DNA of 25,129 bases, from the IMG/VR virus record IMGVR_UViG_2706794666_000002; one strand, given 5' to 3'. Shown piece after piece: positions 1 to 11,701 of this stretch. Positions within the stretch are counted from its first letter, which is position 1. Each line of letters opens with the position of its first letter. The notes beneath the pieces are model-generated. The model did not search any database and was not told the origin of the DNA. It saw only the letters and a list, made by a program, of their open reading frames with translations. A program made the translations under genes and the position numbers. The stretch is from a virus. Taxonomy: Duplodnaviria > Heunggongvirae > Uroviricota > Caudoviricetes.

Positions 1-245
1 CCACGGGAATATCTGCGGCAGCGGGCTTGTAATGGGTTAAGTGATAACAGATGTCTGGAAATATAGGGGCAAATCCAATCGTCGCCGTATTCCCGTATTA
101 ACAGAGACCGTAGCCCGACGGGGAACTCCTTCTGCGCGAGTGTGCGGGAATAATCAAAAACGATGCACACCGGGGTTACCGGGTACACATATTTCATCAT
201 GCCAGCGAGTCCGGTTCTGGCACGGAAGAAACCGGACGTTATGAT

Positions 246-656
246 TTAGTGCGGAAATATTTGTGTAGTGTTCTGTATGTTCTCAGTAAAGAGTAATGAA
301 TTATCAAAGGTATAGTAATACCTTTTGTTTTCGTGGATATTTGTAATCCATCTGAAAACCCCTGCTGTAGCAAGATTTTTCCTGTATTCGTAAAATGATA
401 ACTCTCCTGATTTGAATCCTTTTAAGGTGGCTTCTATAAGGCATTTATTTTTTGAAAATCTTACATTTACAACCTTACCCTGTCCTTTTATTAAAACCGT
501 ATTATCGTTTTCAAGAACAAGATGAATATTCTCTGTGGCTAAATAGTAAATGTAATGTGAGACATTGTGACGTTTTAGTTCAGAATAAAACCAGTGATAG
601 TTTAAATTATTTCGCACTTTATCGAATATTTGTTTAAAAATGGCAACCTGAGCCAT
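246..656 (-). CDS. Hypothetical moron protein, probably DUF1398 (YbcV/YdfO-like) family; 136 aa from the second ATG
   Basis: Minus-strand ORF 246..671 in the six-frame track. The second in-frame ATG (656) has a GGAAGG Shine-Dalgarno about 8 nt upstream, the first (671) has none. Very AT-rich relative to the packaging genes. Family assignment is from memory of K-12 cryptic prophage proteins next to nohA/nohD and is not verified. Confidence 0.55.
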   Translation of the reverse strand: MAQVAIFKQIFDKVRNNLNYHWFYSELKRHNVSHYIYYLATENIHLVLENDNTVLIKGQGKVVNVRFSKNKCLIEATLKGFKSGELSFYEYRKNLATAGVFRWITNIHENKRYYYTFDNSLLFTENIQNTTQIFPH

Positions 657-713
657 TGTAGTACCTTCCATGTGATCTGAGGGGGCGTAGTCTGCACGAT
701 TATCTAAATTGCT

Positions 714-947
714 TCAATCTGGTCTAACCTGTTTTCTGAGCAATTCAGTAATGTCACTCTTTTCTTTGTTTGCTTCAGGCGAAACTCTTTTTTCTGAGCA
801 CAGTCTCCGGCGGCAGGCTTCAATGACCCAGGCTGAGAAATTCCCGGACCCTTTTTGAACAAGAGCGATGTTAATTTGTTCAATCATTTGGTTAGGAAAG
901 CGGATGTTGCGGGTTGTTGTTCTGCGGGTTCTGTTCTTCGTTGACAT
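714..947 (-). CDS. Small ribbon-helix-helix-like protein of the YlcI/YnfO (DUF3950) family, 77 aa
   Basis: Minus-strand ORF. N-terminus MSTKNRTRRTTTRNIRFPNQMIEQINIALVQKGSGNFSAWVIEACRRRL matches my recollection of YlcI/YnfO, which sit next to the terminase small subunit in E. coli cryptic prophages. Basic N-terminus followed by a beta-strand/helix pattern typical of RHH DNA binders. Confidence 0.7.
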   Translation of the reverse strand: MSTKNRTRRTTTRNIRFPNQMIEQINIALVQKGSGNFSAWVIEACRRRLCSEKRVSPEANKEKSDITELLRKQVRPD

Positions 948-1133
948 GAGGTTGCCCTGTATTCAGTGTCGCTGATTTGTATTGTCTGAAGTTGTTTTTA
1001 CGTTAAGTTGATGCAGATCAATTAATACGATACCTGCGTCATAATTGATTATTTGACGTGGTTTGATGGCGTAGATGCACGTTGTGACATGTAGATGATA
1101 ATTATTATCATTTTGCGGGTCCTTTCCGGCGAT

Positions 1134-1158
1134 CCGACAGGTTACGGGGCGGAAGGCG
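1134..1158. other. cosN (terminase nicking site); predicted 12-nt cohesive end at 1147..1158
   Basis: 1134..1146 (CCGACAGGTTACG) matches the lambda right terminus. The following 12 nt read GGGCGGAAGGCG, against lambda GGGCGGCGACCT as I recall it, and are followed by the lambda-like CGCGGGTTTTCGCTATTTATGA. Lies 189 nt upstream of nu1, as in lambda. Confidence 0.6.
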
Positions 1159-1189
1159 CGCGGGTTTTCGCTATTTATGACAATTTTCC

Positions 1190-1315
1190 GGTTTAAGGCG
1201 TTTCCGTTCTTCTTCGCCGTAACCTAATGTTTTTATTTAAAACACCCCCTGAAAAGAAAGGAAACGACAGGTGCTGAAAACGGGCTTTTTGGCCTCTGTC
1301 GTTTCCTTTCTCTGT
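1190..1315 (+). promoter_or_regulatory. cosB: terminase small-subunit binding region with three R elements and an AT-rich putative IHF site between them
   Basis: CGTTTCC motif at 1199..1205 (direct), 1260..1266 (inverted, GGAAACG) and 1300..1306 (direct). The outer two form an 11-bp inverted repeat (1260..1270 / 1296..1306). This is the same arrangement as lambda R3-I1-R2-R1 upstream of nu1. Confidence 0.65.
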
Positions 1316-1335
1316 TTTTGTCCGTGGAATGAACA

Positions 1336-1855
1336 ATGGAAGTCAACAAAAAGCAGCTGGCTGACATTTTCGGTGCGAGTATCCGTACCATTCAGAACTG
1401 GCAGGAACAGGGAATGCCCGTTCTGCGAGGCGGTGGCAAGGGTAATGAGGTGCTTTATGACTCTGCCGCCGTTATAAGATGGTATGCCGAAAGGGATGCT
1501 GAAATTGAGAACGAAAAGCTGCGCCGGGAAGTTGAAGAACTGCGGCAGGCCAGCGAGACAGATCTCCAGCCAGGGACTATTGAGTACGAACGCCATCGAC
1601 TTACGCGTGCGCAGGCCGACGCACAGGAGCTGAAAAATGCCAGAGACTCCGCTGAAGTGGTGGAAACCGCATTCTGTACTTTCGTGCTGTCGCGGATCGC
1701 AGGTGAAATTGCCAGTATTCTCGACGGGATCCCCCTGTCGGTGCAGCGGCGTTTTCCGGAACTGGAAAACCGACATGTTGATTTCCTGAAACGGGATATC
1801 ATCAAAGCCATGAACAAAGCAGCCGCGCTGGATGAACTGATACCGGGGTTGCTGA

Positions 1856-1881
<26 letters not shown>
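1336..1881 (+). CDS. nu1: Terminase small subunit Nu1, 181 aa
   Basis: ORF 1336..1881. Protein MEVNKKQLADIFGASIRTIQNWQEQGMPVL... is near-identical to lambda Nu1 with its N-terminal winged helix-turn-helix. Overlaps the start of A by 26 nt, as in lambda. Confidence 0.95.
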
Positions 1882-5569
<3,688 letters not shown>

Positions 5570-5589
<20 letters not shown>

Positions 5590-6889
5590 TCTCCCGCATA
5601 TTGCCAGCATGGCTTTTAATGAGCCGCTGATGCTTGAACCCGCCTATGCGCGGGTTTTCTTTTGTGCGCTTGCAGGCCAGCTTGGGATCAGCTGCCTGAC
5701 GGATGCAGTATCCGGCGACAGCCTGACTGCCGGAGAGGCACCCGCGGCGCTGGCGTTATCCGGTGATGATGACGGACCACGACAGGCCCGCAGTTATCAG
5801 GTAATGAACGGCATCGCCGTGCTGCCGGTGTCCGGCACGCTGGTCAGCCGGACGCGGGCGCTGCAGCCGTACTCGGGGATGACCGGTTACAACGGCATTA
5901 TCGCCCGTCTGCAACAGGCTGCCAGCGACCCGATGGTGGACGGCATTCTGCTCGATATGGACACACCGGGCGGAATGGTGGCGGGAGCATTTGACTGCGC
6001 TGACATCATCGCCCGTGTGCGTGACATAAAGCCGGTATGGGCGCTGGCCAATGACATGAACTGCAGCGCAGGTCAGCTGCTTGCCAGTGCCGCCTCCCGG
6101 CGTCTGGTCACGCAGACCGCCCGGACAGGCTCCATCGGCGTCATGATGGCTCACAGTAATTACGGCGCTGCACTGGAGAAACAGGGCGTGGAAATCACGC
6201 TGATTTACAGCGGCAGCCATAAGGTGGATGGCAACCCCTACAGCCATCTACCGGATGATGTCCGGGAAACATTGCAGTCCCGGATGGATGCAACCCGCCG
6301 GATGTTTGCACAGAAGGTGTCGGCATATACCGGCCTGTCCGTGCAGGCTGTGCTGGATACCGAGGCTGCAGTGTACAGCGGTCAGGAGGCCATTGATGCC
6401 GGACTGGCTGATGAACTTGTTAACAGTACCGATGCGATCACCGTCATGCGTGATGCACTGGATGCACGTAAATCCCGTCTCTCAGGAGGGCGAATGACCA
6501 AAGAGACTCAATCAACAACTGTTTCAGCCACTGCTTCGCAGGCTGACGTTACTGGCGTGGTGCAAGCGACGGAGGGCGAGAACGCCAGCGCGGCGCAGCC
6601 GGACGTGAACGCGCAGATCACCGCAGCGGTTGCGGCAGAAAACAGTCGCATTATGGGGATCCTCAACTGTGAGGAGGCTCACGGACGCGAAGAACAGGCA
6701 CGCGTGCTGGCCGAAACCCCCGGTATGACCGTGGAAACGGCCCGCCGTATTCTGGCCGCAGCACCACAGAGTGCACAGACGCGCAGTGACACTGCGCTGG
6801 ATCGTCTGATGCAGGGGGCACCGGCACCGCTGGCTGCAGGTAACCCGGCATCTGATGCCGTTAACGATTTGCTGAACACACCAGTGTAA
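5570..6889 (+). CDS. C: Capsid assembly protease C (S49/ClpP-like), 439 aa, GTG start
   Basis: The track ORF 5435..6889 contains lambda gpC from VTAELRNLPHIASMAFNEPLMLEPAYARVFF... onward. GTG at 5570 sits at the lambda-equivalent position and overlaps the end of B by 20 nt. Confidence 0.88.
6284..6889 (+). CDS. nu3: Scaffolding protein Nu3, translated in frame from an internal start within C (201 aa)
   Basis: In-frame ATG at 6284 (MDATRRMFAQKVSAYTGL...) at the lambda-equivalent offset from the C start. Nested in-frame C/Nu3 arrangement is known from lambda. Confidence 0.75.
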   Translation: MDATRRMFAQKVSAYTGLSVQAVLDTEAAVYSGQEAIDAGLADELVNSTDAITVMRDALDARKSRLSGGRMTKETQSTTVSATASQADVTGVVQATEGENASAAQPDVNAQITAAVAAENSRIMGILNCEEAHGREEQARVLAETPGMTVETARRILAAAPQSAQTRSDTALDRLMQGAPAPLAAGNPASDAVNDLLNTPV

Positions 6890-6898
6890 GGGATGTTT

Positions 6899-7231
6899 AT
6901 GACGAGCAAAGAAACCTTTACCCATTACCAGCCGCTGGGCAATAGTGACCCGGCTCATACCGCAACCGCGCCCGGCGGATTGAGTGCGAAAGCGCCTGCA
7001 ATGACCCCGCTGATGCTGGACACCTCCACCCGTAAGCTGGTTGCGTGGGATGGCACCACCGACGGTGCTGCCGTTGGCATTCTTGCGGTTGCTGCTGACC
7101 AGACCAGCACCACACTGACGTTCTACAAGTCCGGCACGTTCCGTTATGAGGATGTGCTCTGGCCGGAGGCTGCCAGCGACGAGACGAAAAAACGGACCGT
7201 GTTTGCCGGAACGGCAATCAGCATCGTTTAA
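6899..7231 (+). CDS. D: Head decoration protein D, 110 aa
   Basis: [40 protein letters not shown]... matches lambda gpD. AAGGGA Shine-Dalgarno 7 nt upstream of the ATG at 6899. Confidence 0.93.
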   Translation: MTSKETFTHYQPLGNSDPAHTATAPGGLSAKAPAMTPLMLDTSTRKLVAWDGTTDGAAVGILAVAADQTSTTLTFYKSGTFRYEDVLWPEAASDETKKRTVFAGTAISIV

Positions 7232-7252
7232 CTTTACCCTTCATCACTAAAG

Positions 7253-7280
7253 GCCGCCTGTGTGGCTTTTTTTACGGGAT
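7253..7280 (+). terminator. Weak hairpin plus T-runs between D and E (possible attenuator)
   Basis: GCCGC-CTGT-GTGGC (5-bp stem with one G-U pair) followed by TTTTTTT, then a second T7 run just before the E start. Confidence 0.3.
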
Positions 7281-7286
7281 TTTTTT

Positions 7287-8312
7287 ATGTCGATGTACAC
7301 AACCGCCCAGCTGCTGGCGGCAAATGAGCAGAAATTTAAGTTTGATCCGCTGTTTCTGCGTCTCTTTTTCCGTGAGAGCTATCCCTTCACTACGGAGAAA
7401 GTCTATCTCTCACAAATTCCGGGACTGGTAAACATGGCGCTGTACGTTTCGCCGATTGTTTCCGGTGAGGTTATCCGTTCCCGTGGCGGCTCCACCTCTG
7501 AATTTACGCCGGGATATGTCAAACCCAAGCATGAGGTGAATCCGCAGATGACCCTGCGTCGCCTGCCGGATGAAGATCCGCAGAATCTGGCGGACCCGGC
7601 TTACCGCCGCCGTCGCATCATCATGCAGAACATGCGTGACGAAGAGCTGGCCATTGCTCAGGTCGAAGAGATGCAGGCAGTTTCTGCCGTGCTCAAGGGC
7701 AAATACACCATGACCGGTGAAGCCTTCGATCCGGTTGAGGTGGATATGGGCCGCAGTGCGGCGAACAACATCACACAGTCCGGCGTCACGGAGTGGAGCA
7801 AGCGTGACAAGTCCACGTATGACCCGACCGACGATATCGAAGCCTACGCGCTGAACGCCAGCGGTGTGGTGAATATCATCGTGTTTGACCCGAAAGGCTG
7901 GGCGCTGTTCCGTTCCTTCAAAGCCGTCAAGGAGAAGCTGGATACCCGTCGCGGCTCTCATTCCGAGCTGGAGACAGCGGTAAAAGACCTGGGCAAAGCG
8001 GTGTCCTATAAGGGAATGTATGGCGATGTGGCCATCGTCGTGTATTCCGGACAGTACGTGGAAAACGGCGTCAAAAAGAACTTCCTGCCGGACAACACGA
8101 TGGTGCTGGGGAACACTCAGGCTCGCGGTCTGCGCACCTATGGCTGCATTCAGGATGCGGACGCACAGCGCGAAGGCATTAACGCTTCTGCCCGTTACCC
8201 GAAAAACTGGGTGACCACCGGCGATCCGGCGCGTGAGTTCACCATGATTCAGTCAGCACCGCTGATGCTGCTGGCTGATCCTGATGAGTTCGTGTCCGTT
8301 CAACTGGCGTAA
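7287..8312 (+). CDS. E: Major capsid protein E, 341 aa
   Basis: MSMYTTAQLLAANEQKFKFDPLFLRLFFRESYPFTTEKVYL... matches lambda gpE (HK97-fold major capsid protein). Confidence 0.95.
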   Translation: MSMYTTAQLLAANEQKFKFDPLFLRLFFRESYPFTTEKVYLSQIPGLVNMALYVSPIVSGEVIRSRGGSTSEFTPGYVKPKHEVNPQMTLRRLPDEDPQNLADPAYRRRRIIMQNMRDEELAIAQVEEMQAVSAVLKGKYTMTGEAFDPVEVDMGRSAANNITQSGVTEWSKRDKSTYDPTDDIEAYALNASGVVNIIVFDPKGWALFRSFKAVKEKLDTRRGSHSELETAVKDLGKAVSYKGMYGDVAIVVYSGQYVENGVKKNFLPDNTMVLGNTQARGLRTYGCIQDADAQREGINASARYPKNWVTTGDPAREFTMIQSAPLMLLADPDEFVSVQLA

Positions 8313-8314
8313 TC

Positions 8315-8340
8315 ATGGCCCTTCGGGGCCATTTTCTCTC
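8315..8340 (+). terminator. Intrinsic-terminator-like hairpin between E and FI
   Basis: ATGGCCC-TTCG-GGGCCAT (7-bp stem, UUCG loop) followed by TTTTCTCTCT. Sits 3 nt after the E stop and before the FI Shine-Dalgarno (GGAGG). Confidence 0.5.
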
Positions 8341-8353
8341 TGTGGAGGAGTTC

Positions 8354-8752
8354 ATGACGAAAGATGAACTGATTGCCCGTCTTCAGGAGCTGGGTGAGCA
8401 ATTGAACCGCGATGTCAGTTTGACGGGAACGAAAGAAGAACTGGCGCTTCGTGTGGCAGAGCTGGAAGAAGAGCTTGATGACACGGATGAAACTGCCGGT
8501 CAGGACACCCCTCTCAGCCGGGAAAATGTGCTGACCGGGCATGAAAATGAGGTGGTATCAGCGCAGCCGGATACCGTGATTCAGGATACGGCTGAACTGG
8601 TCACGGTCGTGGCACTGGTGACGCTGCATACTGATGCACTTCACGCCACGCGGGATAAACCTGTGGCATTTGTGCTGCCGGGAACGGCGTTTCGTGTCTC
8701 TGCCGGTGTGGCAGCCGAAATGACAGAGCGCGGCCTGGCCAGAATGCAATAA
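8354..8752 (+). CDS. FI: DNA packaging protein FI, 132 aa
   Basis: MTKDELIARLQELGEQLNRDVSLTGTKEELALRVAELEEELDD... matches lambda gpFI. Confidence 0.9.
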   Translation: MTKDELIARLQELGEQLNRDVSLTGTKEELALRVAELEEELDDTDETAGQDTPLSRENVLTGHENEVVSAQPDTVIQDTAELVTVVALVTLHTDALHATRDKPVAFVLPGTAFRVSAGVAAEMTERGLARMQ

Positions 8753-8763
8753 CGGGAGGCGCT

Positions 8764-9117
8764 GTGGCTGATTTCGATAACCTGTTCGATGCTGCCATTG
8801 CCCGCGCCGATGAAACGATACGCGGGTACATGGGAACGTCAGCCACCATGACATCCGGTGAGCAGTCAGGTGCGGTGATACGTGGTGTTTTTGATGACCC
8901 TGAAAATATCAGCTATGCCGGACAGGGCGTGCGCGTTGAAGGCTCCAGCCCGTCCCTGTTTGTCCGGACTGATGAGGTGCGGCAGCTGCGGCGTGGAGAC
9001 ACGCTGACCATCGGTGAGGAAAATTTCTGGGTAGATCGGGTTTCGCCGGATGATGGCGGAAGTTGTCATCTCTGGCTTGGACGGGGCGTACCGCCTGCCG
9101 TTAACCGTCGCCGCTGA
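8764..9117 (+). CDS. FII: Head completion / head-tail connector protein FII, 117 aa (GTG start)
   Basis: (M)ADFDNLFDAAIARADETIRGYMGTSATMTSGEQSG... matches lambda gpFII. Confidence 0.9.
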   Translation: MADFDNLFDAAIARADETIRGYMGTSATMTSGEQSGAVIRGVFDDPENISYAGQGVRVEGSSPSLFVRTDEVRQLRRGDTLTIGEENFWVDRVSPDDGGSCHLWLGRGVPPAVNRRR

Positions 9118-9128
9118 AAGGGGGATGT

Positions 9129-9707
9129 ATGGCCATAAAAGGTCTTGAGCAGGCCGTTGAAAACCTCAGCCGTATCAGCAAAACGGCGGTGCCCGGTGCC
9201 GCCGCAATGGCCATTAACCGCGTTGCTTCATCCGCGATATCGCAGTCTGCGTCACAGGTTGCCCGTGAGACAAAGGTACGCCGGAAACTGGTAAAGGAAA
9301 GGGCCAGGCTGAAAAGGGCCACGGTCAAAAATCCGCAGGCCAGAATCAAAGTTAACCGGGGGGATTTGCCCGTAATCAAGCTGGGTAATGCGCGGGTTGT
9401 CCTGTCCCGCCGCAGGCGTCATAAAAAGGGGCAGCGTTCATCCCTGAAAGGTGGCGGCAGCGTGCTTGTGGTGGGTAACCGTCGTATTCCCGGCGCGTTT
9501 ATTCAGCAACTGAAAAACGGCCGGTGGCATGTTATGCAGCGTGTGGCCGGGAAAAACCGTTACCCCATTGATGTGGTGAAAATCCCGATGGCGGTGCCGC
9601 TGACCACGGCGTTTAAACAGAATATTGAACGGATACGGCGTGAACGTCTTCCGAAAGAGCTGGGCTATGCGCTGCAGCATCAACTGAGAATGGTAATAAA
9701 GCGATGA
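9129..9707 (+). CDS. Z: Tail completion protein Z, 192 aa
   Basis: MAIKGLEQAVENLSRISKTAVPGAAAMAINRVASS... matches lambda gpZ. Confidence 0.9.
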   Translation: MAIKGLEQAVENLSRISKTAVPGAAAMAINRVASSAISQSASQVARETKVRRKLVKERARLKRATVKNPQARIKVNRGDLPVIKLGNARVVLSRRRRHKKGQRSSLKGGGSVLVVGNRRIPGAFIQQLKNGRWHVMQRVAGKNRYPIDVVKIPMAVPLTTAFKQNIERIRRERLPKELGYALQHQLRMVIKR

Positions 9708-10099
9708 AACATACTGAACTCCGTGCAGCCGTACTGGATGCACTGGAGAAGCATGACACCGGGGCGACGCTTTTTGATGGTCGCCCCGCTGTTTTTGATG
9801 AGGAAGATTTTCCGGCAATTGCCGTTTATCTCACCGGCGCTGAATACACGGGCGAAGAGCTGGACAGCGATACCTGGCAGGCGGAGCTGCATATTGAAGT
9901 TTTCCTGCCTGCTCAGGTGCCGGATTCAGAGCTGGATTCGTGGATGGAGTCCCGGATTTATCCTGTGATGAGCGATATCCCGGCACTGTCAGATTTGATC
10001 ACCAGTATGGTGGCCAGCGGCTATGACTACCGGCGCGACGATGATGCGGGCCTGTGGAGTTCAGCCGATCTGACTTATGTCATTATCTATGAAATGTGA
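9704..10099 (+). CDS. U: Tail tube terminator protein U, 131 aa
   Basis: [45 protein letters not shown]... matches lambda gpU. ATGA overlap with Z. Confidence 0.93.
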   Translation: MKHTELRAAVLDALEKHDTGATLFDGRPAVFDEEDFPAIAVYLTGAEYTGEELDSDTWQAELHIEVFLPAQVPDSELDSWMESRIYPVMSDIPALSDLITSMVASGYDYRRDDDAGLWSSADLTYVIIYEM

Positions 10100-10106
10100 G
10101 GACGCT

Positions 10107-10847
10107 ATGCCTGTACCAAATCCTACAATGCCGGTGAAAGGTGCCGGGACCACCCTGTGGGTTTATAAGGGGAGCGGTGACCCTTATGCGAACCCGCTTT
10201 CAGACGTTGACTGGTCGCGTCTGGCAAAAGTTAAAGACCTGACGCCCGGCGAACTGACCGCTGAGTCCTATGACGACAGCTATCTCGATGATGAAGATGC
10301 AGACTGGACTGCGACCGGGCAGGGGCAGAAATCTGCCGGAGATACCAGCTTCACGCTGGCGTGGATGCCCGGAGAGCAGGGGCAGCAGGCGCTGCTGGCG
10401 TGGTTTAATGAAGGTGATACCCGTGCCTATAAAATCCGCTTCCCGAACGGCACGGTCGATGTGTTCCGTGGCTGGGTCAGCAGTATCGGTAAGGCGGTGA
10501 CGGCGAAGGAGGTGATTACCCGCACGGTGAAGGTCACCAATGTGGGACGTCCGTCGATGGCAGAAGATCGCAGCACGGTGACGGCGACGACCGGCATGAC
10601 GGTGACACCCGCCAGTGCTTCCGTAGTGAAAGGGCAGAGCACCACGCTGACCGTGGCATTCCAGCCGGATGGCGCAACCGACAAGAGCTTCCGTGCGGTG
10701 TCTGCGGATAAAACAAAAGCCACCGTGTCGGTCAGTGGTATGACCATCACCGTGAAAGGTGTTGCTGCAGGCAAGGTCAACATTCCGGTCGTATCTGGTA
10801 ATGGTGAGTTTGCTGCGGTTGCAGAAATCAACGTCACCGCCAGTTAA
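10107..10847 (+). CDS. V: Major tail tube protein V, 246 aa
   Basis: [42 protein letters not shown]... matches lambda gpV, with the C-terminal Ig-like region. GAGGA Shine-Dalgarno upstream of the ATG at 10107. Confidence 0.93.
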   Translation: MPVPNPTMPVKGAGTTLWVYKGSGDPYANPLSDVDWSRLAKVKDLTPGELTAESYDDSYLDDEDADWTATGQGQKSAGDTSFTLAWMPGEQGQQALLAWFNEGDTRAYKIRFPNGTVDVFRGWVSSIGKAVTAKEVITRTVKVTNVGRPSMAEDRSTVTATTGMTVTPASASVVKGQSTTLTVAFQPDGATDKSFRAVSADKTKATVSVSGMTITVKGVAAGKVNIPVVSGNGEFAAVAEINVTAS

Positions 10848-10862
10848 TCCGGAGAGTCAGCG

Positions 10863-11285
10863 ATGTTCCTGAAAACCGAATCATTTGAACATAACGGTGT
10901 GACCGTCACGCTTTCTGAACTGTCAGCCCTGCAGCGTATTGAGCATCTCGACCTGATGAAACGGCAGGCAGAACAGGCGGAGTCAGACAGCAACCGGAAG
11001 TTTACTGTGGAAGACGCCATCAGAACCGGCGCTTTTGTGGTTGCGATGTCCCTGTGGCATAACCATCCGAAGAAGACGCAGATGCCGTCCATGAATGAAG
11101 CCGTTAAACAGATTGAGCAGGAAGTGCTTACCACCTGGCCCACAGAGGCAATTTCTCATGCTGAAAACGTGGTGTACCGGCTGTCCGGTATGTATGAGTT
11201 TGTGGTGAATGATGCTCCTGAACAGGCAGAGGACGCCGGGCCTGCAGAGCCTGTTTCTGCGGGAAAGTGTTCGACGGTGAGCTGA
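10863..11285 (+). CDS. G: Tail assembly chaperone G, 140 aa
   Basis: MFLKTESFEHNGVTVTLSELSALQRIEHLDLMKRQAEQAESD... matches lambda gpG. Confidence 0.93.
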   Translation: MFLKTESFEHNGVTVTLSELSALQRIEHLDLMKRQAEQAESDSNRKFTVEDAIRTGAFVVAMSLWHNHPKKTQMPSMNEAVKQIEQEVLTTWPTEAISHAENVVYRLSGMYEFVVNDAPEQAEDAGPAEPVSAGKCSTVS

Positions 11286-11701
11286 GTTTTGCCCTGAAAC
11301 TGGCGCGTGAGATGGGGCGACCCGACTGGCGCGCCATGCTTGCCGGGATGTCATCCACGGAGTATGCCGACTGGCACCGCTTTTACAGTACCCATTATTT
11401 TCATGATGTTCTGCTGGATATGCACTTTTCCGGGCTGACGTACACCGTGCTCAGCCTGTTTTTCAGCGATCCGGAGATGCATCCGCTGGATTTCAGTCTG
11501 CTGAACCGGCGCGAGGCTGACGAAGAGCCTGAAGATGATGTGCTGATGCAGAAAGCGGCAGGGCTTGCCGGAGGTGTCCGCTTTGGCCCGGACGGGAATG
11601 AAGTTATCCCCGCTTCCCCGGATGTGGCGGACATGACGGAGGATGACGTAATGCTGATGACAGTATCAGAAGGGATCGCAGGAGGAGTCCGGTATGGCTG
11701 A
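10863..11701 (+). CDS. G-T tail assembly chaperone fusion made by programmed -1 ribosomal frameshift
   Basis: Slippery heptamer G GGA AAG at 11261..11267 near the end of G. The -1 frame (T ORF 11267..11701, ...REMGRPDWRAMLAGMSSTEYADWHRFYS...) matches lambda gpT. Coordinates span the whole fusion; the shift is not representable as one interval. Confidence 0.8.
11261..11267 (+). other. -1 programmed frameshift slippery site (GGGAAAG)
   Basis: Exact heptamer at the position used for the lambda G-T frameshift. Confidence 0.8.

Noticed and set aside
41-244. 67-aa plus-strand ORF at the left edge of the window
   Set aside because: Arg-rich low-complexity translation with no Shine-Dalgarno or recognisable motif. 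The region is more likely non-coding or the 3' flank of the minus-strand moron. A non-terminator-like hairpin (210..236) is its only structure.
452-637. 61-aa plus-strand ORF inside the AT-rich moron gene
   Set aside because: Fully antisense to the better-supported 136-aa minus-strand gene and lacks start signals.
246-947. Interpretation of the moron pair as a classical type II toxin-antitoxin module
   Set aside because: Only the RHH-first gene order fits. The genes do not overlap, differ in base composition, and the second protein shows no recognisable toxin fold by eye. Kept as an open hypothesis within the moron finding, not as a call.
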